The notes beneath the pieces were generated by a model, which saw only the letters and a list, made by a program, of their open reading frames with translations, was not told the origin of the DNA and searched no databases. DNA of 60,000 nt from Vicugna vicugna (taxonomy: Eukaryota). Location: NCBI GenBank assembly GCA_013265495.1, contig MU057719.1, forward strand, positions 374,001 through 434,000, given 5' to 3'. Positions 24,175 to 50,943 of the stretch are shown one piece after another. Position numbers and translations under genes: made by a program. The number at the start of each line of letters is the position of its first letter. The first letter of the stretch is position 1.

Positions 24175-25698
24175 AATTACAAGACAGGAAATTCTTTATT
24201 TTCAAAAAGAGAATGTATCTTTACATAAATCTACAACAGAGAATTCACATGTAGAAAAAATAAGCTATATTCCAGGACACGGTGCTCTGCACACACACCC
24301 CCTCCTCCCAGGGCGAGCTCAACACCAGAACCGACAAAACCCAAAGACCCTCAACATTTCAGGAAATCCTGAAGCCAAGCCACTGCTGCGCTGACCTGGG
24401 TCCCAGCACCTCCCGTCCAGCCACGCTGCACCCGCGGGGTCCTTGCCACAGGAGCAACCAGCTTCTAGAACGGCCGACCCGTCTGGACGTCTGCTTCCCC
24501 AGGACAGTTACAGATGCGTCTGTAACTGTCACTCTCTGTGTGACAAGGGCCACTGGAGGGTCCGGGAAGCCTGTAGAGGGCGGCCCCTCCACCTGCAGGC
24601 TGTGTCCCTGCACTCGGGACCCAGGGAAAGGCAGGGCAGGCCGAGGTACAGGCTGTGCCTCCGACTAGGGACGGACAACCCCTGCAAACCCAGAGCCTGA
24701 GAACTGGCCCGGCAGCCCCCTGGCCCAGGCAGGGATGTAGCCACCCACACCTTCTGGGGCCTGTCCATAATGCACTGGCCCCCACTGCCAAGGTCTCGGG
24801 GTGCAGACGGGATCAGAGCCCTGCCGGGAGGGTCCCCTGGCCCGGCGGCAGCTGCCCGTCAGCGCTGCCTTGCAGCCCCGTGTCCGCACCCTGGCTCCCA
24901 GCACAGGCAGCGTGACGCTTCGGGGGCCACGGCTGAGCGGGCAGAGACGCCGGGGGACAGACAGGGGCAGACGGCCAGCTCCCAGCCACGGCTCCTGAGG
25001 TGGCATCAGAGGTGGGCGCCAGCCTGCGCCCCCCCGACCACGGCCCCGCGCACCCTCGCCAGCTCTGCGACACCAGCAGGACCTATCGGGGTCCCGGGCT
25101 CCGGTTCAAGTCGGAGCCCCCGCCTCCTTCCTGCGCCCGCGCCCAGATGCCGGTAACCTGCAGGGCGTCGGCCTGGTCCTCTGCAGCCCAGGCTCCGCGG
25201 GGATGAGGAGAGCGAGCCGCCCACCTTCTGAGAAAACTCTTCCACCCTCCTGCCAACTGGGAGACTTTTCATAAAGAAGCCAAGAGAAGACGGGCTTTGC
25301 GAGAGCTCAGCTGCCGCCACACGCACACGCTCCTACCTCGGCCGCGCGGGCGCCGGGAGACAGACGGGGGCTGAGCGCGGCCGCCCCGCCCCGAACGCGA
25401 AAGGCCTCTACACGACGGGCGGAACCCCGGGCTCGGGGCTTTCCGGAAAGACTCCGCACACACCGGCCACCGCCGCAGGCAGGACGCGAGGGCAGAGACG
25501 CGCGGGCCCGACCATCTGCCCAGCAGACGAGGGGGCGGCCCTGCAGGGGGCAGGGCGGCGAGGCCGGGCCACAGCCCCAGGCGGCACCGGGTCCCAGCGC
25601 CTGCACCAGGTAACAAATCCTCAGAACCGGCACAGAACGGTTACTGGAAAGAAACACAACTCGTGATAAGCTGAACGTCACCTTTTTGTAATAAAAAA
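24175..25698 (-). other. WDR5: WDR5 3'UTR
   Basis: Follows the last exon; contains a U-rich block (GTTCCTAGTCTCTATTGTGTTC...AAAAGTTTTTAATTTTTTATTACA) that resembles the mammalian WDR5 3'UTR as I recall it; ends at an AATAAA signal. Confidence 0.75.
24195..24200 (-). terminator. WDR5 polyadenylation signal AATAAA
   Basis: tttatt on + strand within an AT-rich block (24180-24270); on the minus strand it is followed by UG-rich TTGTAATTGTGTCTGG. Confidence 0.75.
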
Positions 25699-39783
<14,085 letters not shown>

Positions 39784-42199
39784 GGCTCTGAAGCCCACCG
39801 GGCAGGGAGACGGGGCGGAGTTCACGGCTCCAAGTGGAGGCCTCGCTGTGGGAACGGCTCTCTGCTAATCAAAACCTACAATGGAGGACCGAAGCCAATA
39901 AACAAACCATATTTCAAAAATTAATTTGCAGGAAAAATAATTGAAAAACCTCCGACCACCTTATTGAGCCCTGCAGCAGCTACTGCTCTGAACCGAGGAC
40001 CCTGTCACCCTAGCTCCAGGCTAATGCCTCTCAGACCTGTGCCGCCCTTGCCCACTGTGGTCAGAGACCCACCCTCAAGGGCGCCTATTTTGTTACCCAC
40101 GTGTCCCCAGGAACACAGCACAGTCCACACAAACAAAACACAATTCTCTTCAAAGAGCCCTTGATACATTTTAATAAAAAGAGCAAATGCTTCTTGTCAG
40201 GAAACAAACGTGCCAAATTACAAGAGACTGAACTGCAGGGCGCAGAAGGTTGGGAACTCATCCCAACCCTCCAGTGCGTCCCGGTGATGCAGCGGTGCCA
40301 ACAGCCACTGAAAACACGAGAGCTCACCCTAGGGGCCCACACCTCCTGGCAGCCTGGAGGTCTCCACGTGCAGGCTGCAGACACAAGACTGCTTCCAGAA
40401 CGCAAACGAGCAGAAAGGCCCTCTGTCCCCTGGCAAGGTGACCACAAGACACGGCCGGAAAGCACAAACCAGAGCCAGCCCTGCCCACTGGAGTCCCCAC
40501 CAGACAGCCTTCTGCAGAAGCAGCCTGAAGTTCGCACGGACACTCTGCAAGCAACACTCACTGCAGAGGACGGACAAAGACTGCAGCTCAATTAGGTTTC
40601 AGCCTGAAAACGGGAACTACTCAGTAAGTAACTGGTTTCCTCTATCACAGAAAGATTCCGTTACTTGGATACACGGCATAGAAGCACACCAGGTGAGTCT
40701 GAAACAAGGGAACACATTACTCAATTGAGGCGAGCAGCCAGGACATTCTGCAAACATCACGGGCATCCAACTCCCAGAAGCTGCACGACCGTCAATCTAA
40801 TGAGTCTACGCATTGTGAATTCGGGCTTGGCGCTTAAAACTGGAAGCTTGCACAGGCTTCTTGTCACACCAAGACGAAACAGAAGCCATCAGAGAACACG
40901 TCTCCAGGTCTCTGTCCATCCAAGAGGAGGGGACAGAAATTATGATGCAACACAGCTGCGCAGAGTGCTGCGGGGCCACAGCTGACTACTTGCAGCCGGG
41001 ATCCCAGCCTCGGATGGATCCCAAGGCACCCAAAGGCCAAGCACTTGGGTGGAGGAGGGGAGGGGCAGGTCAGTAAACCCGCCCGGGGACAAAGTGCCAG
41101 CACAAAGCTGGTACTCAGAATGCTGGCTGCTTGGTGATTATCTTCAGTGCACCCAGGCCGAGCCAATTAACCCAAGTGCTGCCTTCCCCTTGGTGGACTG
41201 GACCACTCGGGGGGCGGGGAGCCAAGGAAGAGAGCTGAAAAGTCCATTTCACAGAACCCAGTGTCTGAGGAAGCCAGGCCACGGCAAGAGCTGCGAGAAG
41301 GGTAGCCCGTGGCCCGCCCCAGCTAAACACCAGTGGGAACAGAAGAGCCTCCGTCTGGAGTGGAAGTGGCAGCTCAGAGGCCGGATTTGATCACAAAAAC
41401 CAAGACCCATCAGGAGGCGGAGCGTGACTCCCACAAGCTGTCTGCCTTCAGGTCAGGATCAGGGATGCAGTAGGAGGTCTTACAGACAAGGCGGCCCACC
41501 CCTCCCAGCTCAGCCTCCTGGCCTAATTCCTGCCCAGCCCTTCAGCTAGCAAAACAGGAACATACAAAAATCCAGCCGAACTTCGAGAAACACTATTTCT
41601 TGACTCAACATTTGGAGCTGGGCTCTGAGCCCTTGCTCCCCACCCCCTCTCGGCACTGGCACCGGGTAGGCCTGACCATCTAAGGCTGAGCCTCCCAAAC
41701 TTATGAATGCTCTCCCGGACTGTTTGTAAAATGCATATTTCTGGGCTCTACCCCAGAGACTGGACCCGCTGGTGTGGGAAGACAGGACAGAACGGGCCAG
41801 CCCCACGGAATGAAGGAACTTGGCTCTCCTCACCCCAGCTGGATTCTCAAACAGGCTTAGGGTTGCAGCTTACCTGCCTGCCTCCTATGGGGCTGGGCCA
41901 ACCTTAGACGCAGTGTCTAGCACAGGACCTGCCAGACTGCGATAACGGACCTGGGTGAGTAGAAACGGGATGAGAAGGCTACAGGGAGGCTCGTACACAG
42001 CCCCCAGGACGGCTCTACCTGACTGGGACCCTGGGCTCTCGGGGAGAGATGGGGCCTGGCTGCCCGGGCCAGGGGCGAGCAGCAAGCCAGGGTGGAGGCG
42101 TTTCTGCAAGAGGAGGACAGAGGGGTCTGCGAGCCACATCCAGGCACTAAATGGCTCAGTGGGTCTGAGATCTTTCTTTGGAGGCAAAGGGAAGATGCA

Positions 42200-43300
42200 C
42201 GCGGGCTGCAGGAAGAAGTCGCAGTCCCGGGGCCGGGGGCTTGTCACCTGCGCGCTGGGGTCCCCGGGGCTCGGCGGCGGTCCGTGCGAGTCCGTCTGCG
42301 GCGGGCTCGGGTCGGGAGAGGGGGCCGCCGCCGGCGGGCCGGGCGCTGCGCGGGGAAGGGGGCGCAGAGCGACGCCCGGGAGGGAGGCGGCGGGCGCGGG
42401 GCGTCTGCGCCGGGAGGCCCGGCGGGGCTGGGCCCGGGCCGGGCCCGCAGGCCCCCGCTTACCTGCCGGGCGGCGAGGGGACGGGGGCTGGCGCTCCGGG
42501 CGTCACGTCGGCCGCCGCCTGGGCGGGAGCCGGGCCGAACTCGACTAGGCGGCGCGGGGGCCGGCAGTGCGCGTGCGCATACTCGAGGGGCGGGGGCGAG
42601 TGGGGCGGGGCAAACGCACAAAGCCGGCCTCTCGGAGGGGAGCTACGGGCAGCGGCGAGGGTCAGAACGCCTGGGCCAGGCTTAACGCCTTAAAGGGATA
42701 GTGTGCTGAGCGCGCTTCCTGCTTAAAAGGCGTTAGCCCCAAAGGCGGCAGGTTCCCGCCCTTCTCCAGCACTTTCTGAAAACGGAAGTATGGTGATGCC
42801 TACAGGAAAGTGCTGGTGCGCCGCTCGAATGAGAATATCCTGAGCTCGCCCTGCAGCGGCGCCGCAGGGAGAAGCAGAGCTCCCCCCGGGATTTAGGGGC
42901 GGGGAGGCCCTGCCGTTTCTTCTGGGATGGGACACCCGTGGGGTCGCGTCCCTTCGTCGTCGCGGACGCCGGAGAGCGGCGGCTACCGCGTCCAGAGCGT
43001 CCGGCCGGCCTCGGCAGTGCTTCCCGGGTAGTGTCTCCGTTAATGCTCGGGACACCCCCGTAAAGGGCCCTTACCTTGCAACTTTGAAACGAGGAACCTG
43101 AGCTCCAAAAGGTGCAGAAAGAACCCGGACTCCGGGAGCTGCGTCCCCTGCACTCGGCCCACCAGCTCCCCCGCGGGGCCGGCGGCGGGGTTGGCGGGGT
43201 CTTCCCGCCCCTCGGAGCAGGGAGCCCGCGGCCCGCACCTGCTGTCTCCTGCGCCCCCACCGCGGAGATACAGTCACTGCGTGCAGGCTGCTCTGCTGTC
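42200..43300 (-). promoter_or_regulatory. WDR5 CpG-island promoter
   Basis: Very CpG-dense; NRF1-type TGCGCGTGCGCA at 42568-42579, GC boxes GGGGCGGGG at ~42587 and ~42602, CRE-like CGTCACGT at ~42501, ETS CGGAAGT at ~42783. Confidence 0.85.
42463..42565 (-). other. WDR5: WDR5 non-coding exon 1 (5' end approximate)
   Basis: Consensus donor CAG|GTAAGC at 42463/42462 inside the CpG island, just downstream (minus strand) of an NRF1 site and GC boxes. Confidence 0.7.
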
Positions 43301-44994
43301 TGCAGGGTATGACCCAGACAGGTACTACCACCTCCAGTTACAAATGGGGAAGGGGCGGCGAGAGAGGACGGCTCAGGGGCACAGGGAGAACATGGAGCGG
43401 GCCTTCTGGCCCCGAGTCCCGCGCGCTCTCACCCCGCGGTCCCACTTCTGCGAGCCACATGGGCCTTAGAGTCGTGGAGGGGGTCATGATGTCCGCAGCC
43501 CCATGGCCGCGCCCCGGGTAGAAGAGCATGCAGTCTTATTTCCCAGCTGAAAATGGGAACACCGAATATGACACAGGAACCTGTGGAAACCAATGGACAG
43601 AGCCTTTGAAATGCAAATGCCCAGGGAATTTGAGTTGTGTGGTTGTCATGGATACAGGAGCCAAGACTGGCAGCTGGCTTGAGCTCCCCTCCCAAGGAGG
43701 ACGCAGGGTCGGCAAAGTCCCTGTCTACCCCCCAGCCCCCAGCTGGTTGTGGCTCTCTGTCCCCGGGAGGCCTAGGCGCCTTGGGCCAGCTGCCCTGGAG
43801 CTTGAGGCAGTGGCTGCCAAAGGCAACAAAACCAGGTCAGGATGAAGCAGGGCGTCTGCATCCCCCTGGCTGCCTGGGCCTGAACAGAGCTCATTAGGGA
43901 TGCGCTCCATTATATGGCTCTCAAAGCCGGTTGCTTCCCTCCATCCTACCCCAGTCCCATCTCCCAACTGACCTTTCCAAAACCTCCCTGAAGCACAGCC
44001 AAAAAAACTTGTAGAAACCCAGCTCTGAGCTGTCACTCTCCAGTTTAAGACTCAGAGCTGGCTTCCCATTGCCCTTGGGCCCAAACCTAGACTCTGCTGG
44101 TGGGGTTTACCAGACTGGCCTCCCCCTGTAGCCTCATGCCACCCCCAAACTGTGCACCCCACGTTCCAGCCCCAAACTGAAAGTACTTGCTGACCCTGGA
44201 ACTCAGAACTCAAACCAGATTCCCAGGTAGATTGGTCTGGCCTTCCTCACCCCAGGAGATAGGGCCTTCCAGAAAAGCTCATTAGAAAATGAGAAAGTCT
44301 AACTCTGTTGAGGTTTGGGTTGGTTTTTTGTTTGTTTTTGATTTGGTTTTGGGTGTTTTTTGCAGTCCATCCCGCAGTCACAGCTAAAATCCTGAAGCCA
44401 AAGAATATGGCAAGTAAGGCAATTGAACCAAAGCAGGGGGTTTCCTTTATTGTCTAAGTTTTAAATTCTTTTATTTCCCTCCCAAAATGCAGTCAGGCTC
44501 TGAAAAATCCCAAGCAGAAATGGAGGAGAGGATTAAAGACTAGAAAAGGGGAAAACACCTTGGAGATTTGGGTTTTTTAGAACTTAGCTGGGCTTCGGCC
44601 AATGGGGGCTACTTGGCAAGTGAACCTATTGCCATGAACAGTTTTCATAAATACAACATTTCTCAAGGCTGTCCCATCAGCTGGACAACATGAGCACATC
44701 TGGGCACCCTCCCCACTCACTCGGGTCCCTCCACCAGGCTCTCCTCCTCAGGGCACCCTTCTCCCCCTACAGCCAATGCCCATTCACTTGGGACTTCTCC
44801 CTTGACCTCCCAACCAGGTGAGTCTTCCTGGCTGTGTTTTCACAGCCCCCAGTTCCTCCCCAGTGGAAACCCTCATCTTTCATTGTGATTCCTGCTTCAG
44901 TGTCTCCTGGCTGAGTTGGCTTGGGTTCCAGGAGGAGAGAAGAAAGAGGAGGTGGAGGTTTATTCTTTAGTAAGTTTGTTACATATGTTATGTC

Positions 44995-45150
44995 CTTGCA
45001 CCTTCACAACAACCCTGGGAATTCAGTACCTTTATTCCTTTTCACAAGGAGAAAACTGAGACTTAGAGAGGTTGAGAAGCTGCCCAAGGACCCACAGGCA
45101 GTAGGCACAACCATGGAGTCAGGACTGGCGAAGACAGAGGCTGCACTCCC
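44995..45150. mobile_element. MIR SINE
   Basis: CTTCACAACAACCCTG...TTTTCACAAGGAGAAAACTGAGACTTAGAGAGGTTGAGAAGCTGCCCAAGGACCCACAG. Confidence 0.7.
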
Positions 45151-45190
45151 AACCACCAGTCTCCCCAATACACACTCTGTTGTGCTTATC

Positions 45191-45690
45191 AGATGGATGG
45201 AGGGTGGATGGGTGGGTGGGTAGATGGGTGGATGAGTGGTGGAGAGTTGATGGATGGATGATGGATGGATGAATGCATGCATGGCTGGGGGGTGATTAGA
45301 TGGATGATGGGTGGATGGACGGATGCATGTGTGGATTGTTGGGGGATGATATATGATGGGTGGATGGACGGATGCATGTGTGGATGGTCGGGGGATGATA
45401 TATGATGGGTGGATGGACAGATGCATGTGTGCATGGCGGGGGGAGATTAGATGGATGATGGGTGGATGGACGGATGCATGTGTGCATGGTGTGGCGGAGA
45501 TTAGATGGATGATGGGTGGATGGACGGATGCATGTGTGCATGGCCGGGGGGAGATTAGATGGGTGATGGGTGGATGGACGGATGCATGTGTGCATGGTGG
45601 GGGGGTGTTGGATGAATGGATGGTGGCTGGATTGATGGATGCATGGATGGTGGGTATGTGGATGCATGGCTGGATAAGTGGATGAATGAA
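45191..45690. repeat. (GGAT)n-derived tandem repeat with ~52-56 bp higher-order unit
   Basis: GATGGGTGGATGGACGGATGCATGTGTG(C/G)AT recurs about 6 times between 45295 and 45600. Confidence 0.95.
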
Positions 45691-48600
45691 AAGCGAGAGA
45701 GCAACCTGTGTCAACAGGACCAGTCAGCAAGGGTCTATGGAAGTGGCAGAACTGAAATTAAGAGCATCACCTTGTTATAGGACTTGAAGCTTTTGAAAAC
45801 CGTATTTTGCCACCTAGTGGTACATATTTCGTCAGGAACAGCACTCTCAGGGCTTGCTGGGAGGTGACCAAGGAGCAGACCGCACGGCAGGGATGCTGTG
45901 ATGCTCCTCGCAGCAGGCAGAGCTGGGTGCGGAGGACTGGCCCTTTAACGGCCAAGCCCAGAGCTTTGGATTCCATGGCAGTTGATGAGGGAGGGCTACA
46001 GAAGACACCCAGGACCCCGGGCCTCCAGGCCCTGCTCACCAGATGACCCGACTGGATGGCCCACCTCTGCTAGGCCACCATTGCAGGGAGCTGCTGACGC
46101 TGCCTGGAGACCGCAAGGCTCCTGCCTGCCAAGATCAGTGGGGTTTTGTGTTAAAATCCCTTTTCCCCTGGAAATGACACCAGGGCAGCCGGTCTGGGAG
46201 GCCGTGTCCCCCTCTCCCCTCAGTCTCTGGCCTCCCTCCCCTCACACCTCCCCGAGGCCCATCAGGACAGGCATCTCCCCCGTGACCCCGGGGGCCCAGC
46301 AAGCCTGCAGCTCTCACCCCCGGTATCCAGAAAGCCACTTCTAGTCCCAACTGTGCCCCCACCCTTGAACTCCTCCCTGGCCTCAGTTTCCCGGGAACAG
46401 AAAGAGCAGAGAAGACAGCTCTCGACAAGACGCTCGACAAGACGTGACTGTGGGGTTTCTCCTTACAGGGCCTTTGCCAGGGTGGGCCCCCCACCGCGAA
46501 CCATCCCTCGGCTCCCTTCTCCTTCCCACCAGCGGAGAAGCACCCTGACTCACCTCCGGTCCCGCTGCCGCCTCCCAGGGAGGCTGCCCATGCAGGTTGC
46601 CTGGCGCCGCCCTGTGATAGGACTGAAGGCCCTGGCCCCCAGCCCCACCTCGGCCCCAAGGGGTGGGACAGCCACCTGAGCTGCCCCTTCCTCGAGGACC
46701 CCGGGCTCAGCCCTAAGCCCCGCCCCCGGCCGCCGCTTCCACCTCCGCCACGGCTGCGGGCTCCCGCCCGGAGGGGACGCAGGGGGTCCTGCATCAAGAC
46801 CCTCCACGTGAACGAGCCCTGGAACGTCCACATCCACCTCCCGTTGGATCTAAGCCTGTCCTGACTGACCTTCAGGTCCCCGCGACGACGTCCTGCTGCC
46901 CCGGGCCCCCGCCCGGCTCCAGGCCGGGGGTCTCCGGGGGCCCTCTCCAGGCGGAGCTGGGCACCGGGAGCCAGGCAGGGCGGGCGGTCGCCCCGGAGGA
47001 ATCCTTGGAATGCAGCTCCCGCTTCCAAAGCCAGGCCCCACCTCTTCCGGTCTGCAGACCGCCTGCCTCCCCACCTCGGCCTGGGCGAACCCCGGCGGTT
47101 AGCCAGTGAGAAGGAACGCGCTCCAGTGACAAGCGAGATGGAGATCAGCCCCACAAAGCCAGGGCATTTTTTCTCAAAGTCTTTAGAGGCTTTTCCAGGG
47201 TGGGGGTGGGGTGGGGGTGGGGCCGGGTCTGGTTTGGGCGGCAGAGGTTTACGGGAACGTGCATTTGGCTGCTAGCAGGCCACCTGCGTCTCCCCCTCAC
47301 GGCAAACTGTTCCTGTGTGTCCGCGCTGCACAAAGCACTGCGGCCATCCTTCCCCGGAGCCCACCGCATGCCTGTCACTGGCCTAAGGGCTCTAGGCACA
47401 GTCTCCTACCAGCCCGTCCACCCACCCGCCGCGGCTGTAAGTTCCTCAGATCTTCACAGCTGGGGAAGACAGAGGTTCAGGGAGTCGCAAGGCCAAAGCG
47501 AAAGGCAGGGCTGGGGCTCCACCCTGCCCTTGGCCTCCAGAATCTGCCTTGCCCCAGAGACGCGGGGCCCTTTCCCGGGGGCACAGGCAGACGCTGTTTC
47601 CACGTGGCTGTGGTCCCAGCAGCCCTGCGTGCTCACGGCCTGTCGCGAGCTTTTCCCACGGGGCCCCACGCTGCCCTCTCCGTCCCCTTCCCACGGCCCT
47701 GTGTGCGCTTGGGTCATTTCCAGGGTTTTCTGTCTGCGATTGTTTCTGTGGGATAAAGTCCTGGAGCCCGACCGGGTCACGAGATGGGAACATTCCCTAT
47801 GGGGACGCATAACCCAGGGAAAGAGGGGACTTTCATGTGGGCGAGCGAGTGTGCCAGCCTGGGGTGCGCCCCTCGCCCAGGTGCCAGAGGGGACCACAGG
47901 GCCCAGGAAGGGCGCACAGAAGCTGGGCAGACCTGGAGCCTGCCTTTCTGGGTTTCCCACAGCTCGCTGAGAATTCCCTAACAGGAGCAGCCAGCCTAAA
48001 ATAGAAACGCTGACACAGGGGAAACACCGGGGCCGAAGTCTGTGCCCAGGAGCTCTCGCTGCCAGCAGGCAGGCTCCCTCCACCCCTGGCTCCCGCAAGG
48101 AGCCTCAGTGGCCCCTCCTTCTGCCCCTGGGCGGCTGTCTCCTCTGGGGTCTTTAAAACCCCCTGCAAGCAGCTAAGGGCCTTGCATTGGCGGGGAAGTG
48201 GACGCAGCTTCTCTGAGGCTGGCCTGCAGCCTGGGCTTACTTGCAGCTGTCTTCCTGTGTGAGCTGGACCTCGGGCGGGGTGGGGGGCAGGGGTGGCGTG
48301 GAATTGGAGGCAGGGAGGGCTGCCCCGCCACGCCCAGCCCCGTGGCCAGAGCTTCCAGCCCCCAGGCAGATGGGACAGGCGCTCCCCACTCTGGGCCTGC
48401 TTTGGAACGTGGGAGCAGGTTCCAAGCTGGGGCTGCCTGGCTCTGTCTGGGGCAGAGGAAGTGGGATGCGGGTGCCCTGACTGGATGTAATCCCAGACAC
48501 CAGCTGTGCTGGAGCCGCCAGGGACCACCGAGGAGGGCCTACGAGGGAAGGGAAGAACATTCACATAAAAGAAACAGTGGTCCCTGGAACCCAAACCAAA

Positions 48601-50943
48601 GAAGGGCCTCCGTGGCCTTTAGGACACACGGACCCAGCGGCAGTTCCCTTCCGGGAACCCTTCCCTCCAAAACAGCTGCAGAAGCTGCAGGACGCCCGAG
48701 GATGCTCCTGGCCGCCTCGCTTATTTATAGTGATGAAGTCATCAGAGGCAACTTGAACGTCCAGCCCTGGGGGAGGAGAGGGTCAGCCACGGCGCATCGC
48801 GTACTGGGACGTTCTGCAGCCTCCAAAGCAGTGAGGCAGTTGGGGACGTCGTACCACGGGGGGCTGTGCCACGGCCAGGGCAGGGAAAAAGGAAAAGCAA
48901 GCGATGGAAGAGGACACACGGGGCAGCGCGTTCTGTGGAACAGAGCTGTGTGTGGGGAGAAAGTGAGACTCTGCAAGGCACAGGCGCTGGAGGACTCGCA
49001 ACCTGTCCCAGGCGTCCAGGGGAGGGACCCAGGAGGGATCCACTTTCCTTTTACACCACTGGGATTCTTCCAATCAGACGTCTTTTGTGAGTAAAGGAAG
49101 TAGCAATGGGTTCTGTTCATTTCCACCACAGGAGAATGACACACAGCTGAGCGAGGCTGTTACCAATATCTCTCCGTCCCGTCCAGCCCCATCCCCAGCC
49201 CTTCTCATCCACCAGCGTCCCTGGAACCAGCCCAGGTACCCGGTGTTGCCAGGGGCTGTGGATGTGCAGCAGGCCACCCGGGTCCCCTGCCCTGAGGACC
49301 TCCCCGACTAAGGGGGTGCCAGACCCGCAGGCCAGTGGTTCTAGAACAGGCTTCCAGTGGATTGGTGGACCATCCAAGAGGCCTTCCCAGATGCTGTTTG
49401 ACCAGAGACACCGGAAGAGCAGAGGCCAGGGGTGTGGGGAGCAAGGGGCGAGGCTGGAGGAAGAGGGGAGATCTGACTGGAGAGGCGAGTAGGGCCCAGC
49501 CAGCAAGCTGCAGGGAGGGCGGGCTTAGGGTGCAGAGATAGCATGGCCCAGCTTGGAGCCCCCTGCGGCTGAGACCAAGGCCGGGAAACAGCTCCAGCCA
49601 GGAGGGAGCGAGCCTGCAGCACCCCACGCCAAGCTTGCAGAAGGTCAAGAAGACATGAGGATGAAAGAGCCAAGCCTGGGGCAGCAGCAGAAACATGGCT
49701 GGGAGCAGGGCTCTGGGCGCAGACCGAGGCACCCTGGGACTGGCTGGGTCTCCCAGGGTGGCCTCGGTGGGCTCTGCTGCCCTCGCTGCAAATGGGGGTG
49801 GAGCTGCCTTGTCAGGCCCTCGTGAGAGCAAAGAGCGTGAGTCTGAGGCACTCAGCCCGGCCCCCGCTAGGAAAGCTGGGAGGAGAGCTGGCCCTGGGCC
49901 GGGCATGGCACAGCCTTGAGTGAGTCCGAGGCAAGGGGACCAGCATGGTCAGTCTTCGAGAGGCCAGCGCTGCTGTCTGTGTCCCTCGAGCCTCTGAGGG
50001 CAGAGCCCCTGCCCTGTGTCCAGGGTGGGTGGGTGCACAGGCAGCAGCGGGAGCCTCTTTGAGGCCGCAGGGCCTCCTCGCTGACTGGGGGGCAGCAGGA
50101 TCACAGGCGCCCTCAGTGTGTCTAGGGGGTCTGCAGTTCTCACTGGCCACCCGCAGGGCCCTGGCCACGCTTGGAGACCCCTGCTATGGGCCCAGCCCTG
50201 ACGTCCCCCTCCCTCGGGAGGGCCCAGCCCTGCTGCCTCTCCCTGTGGCTGCGGCCTCAGCCAGGCCCGCTGTCTCCCTGCTTTTCCAGCCTCTGCTCCC
50301 TCTGACACTGCCCGCCTTGTCCGTCTAAGGGCCTTGGTCTCTTGGGAGCTCAGAGGCCCTTCCCAGTGGCCAACCCAAAGCGGGGAGGTCACTTGGGGCC
50401 AGGACCCCCTCTTCAGCTATGCTTGGTGGGGGGGGGTATCACAGCTTCGGGCTGTTCCGTTGGCAGGGCCCGTGGCCACGGGGAGCTCTGAAGCAGCTGC
50501 AGTATGACCAGCTGTCTCCCCTGCCTGGGACAGCAGCCAGGCAGCTCCAGCCGCCCTGCGGTGCTCACCCATCCATCCAGCCCAGGCCATGCGTGTCCCC
50601 CTCCCACTGGGTGGTCTGTCTGGTGTCAGAGTCCGGGTTTCTCCCTGATGAGGCTGGGGGCATCCTCTCAGTCTCCACCTGGAGTAGCTCTCCTCACTAG
50701 AAATCATGACCAGAACACGGAATCTGGTTTTTATGAGGCTCTGAGTGGCACAGTGGGTATAATTGTGAGTTTCAGAGAAAGACACACCCAGGCACCTCCC
50801 TGCACCTCAGTTTCCTCACCTGTTAAATGGGAACAGCCAGTCTGACCGGTCTGGTGTTTTAAGGGTTCTCGTGTGATAATGTGGAACGCAGTCCGGGGCT
50901 AGAGCCCAGTGAGCACTCAGAAGGCACCGTTGTTGGTAAACCC

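Noticed and set aside
45004..45730. His/Pro-rich ORFs (236 aa and 144 aa)
   Set aside because: Translations of the GGAT-derived tandem repeat, with no splice or promoter support.
46135..49094. Long ORFs (339 aa at 46135..47154, 298 aa at 48198..49094 and others)
   Set aside because: Low-complexity G/P/R/A-rich translations expected by chance at this GC content; no recognisable domains, and they overlap on both strands.
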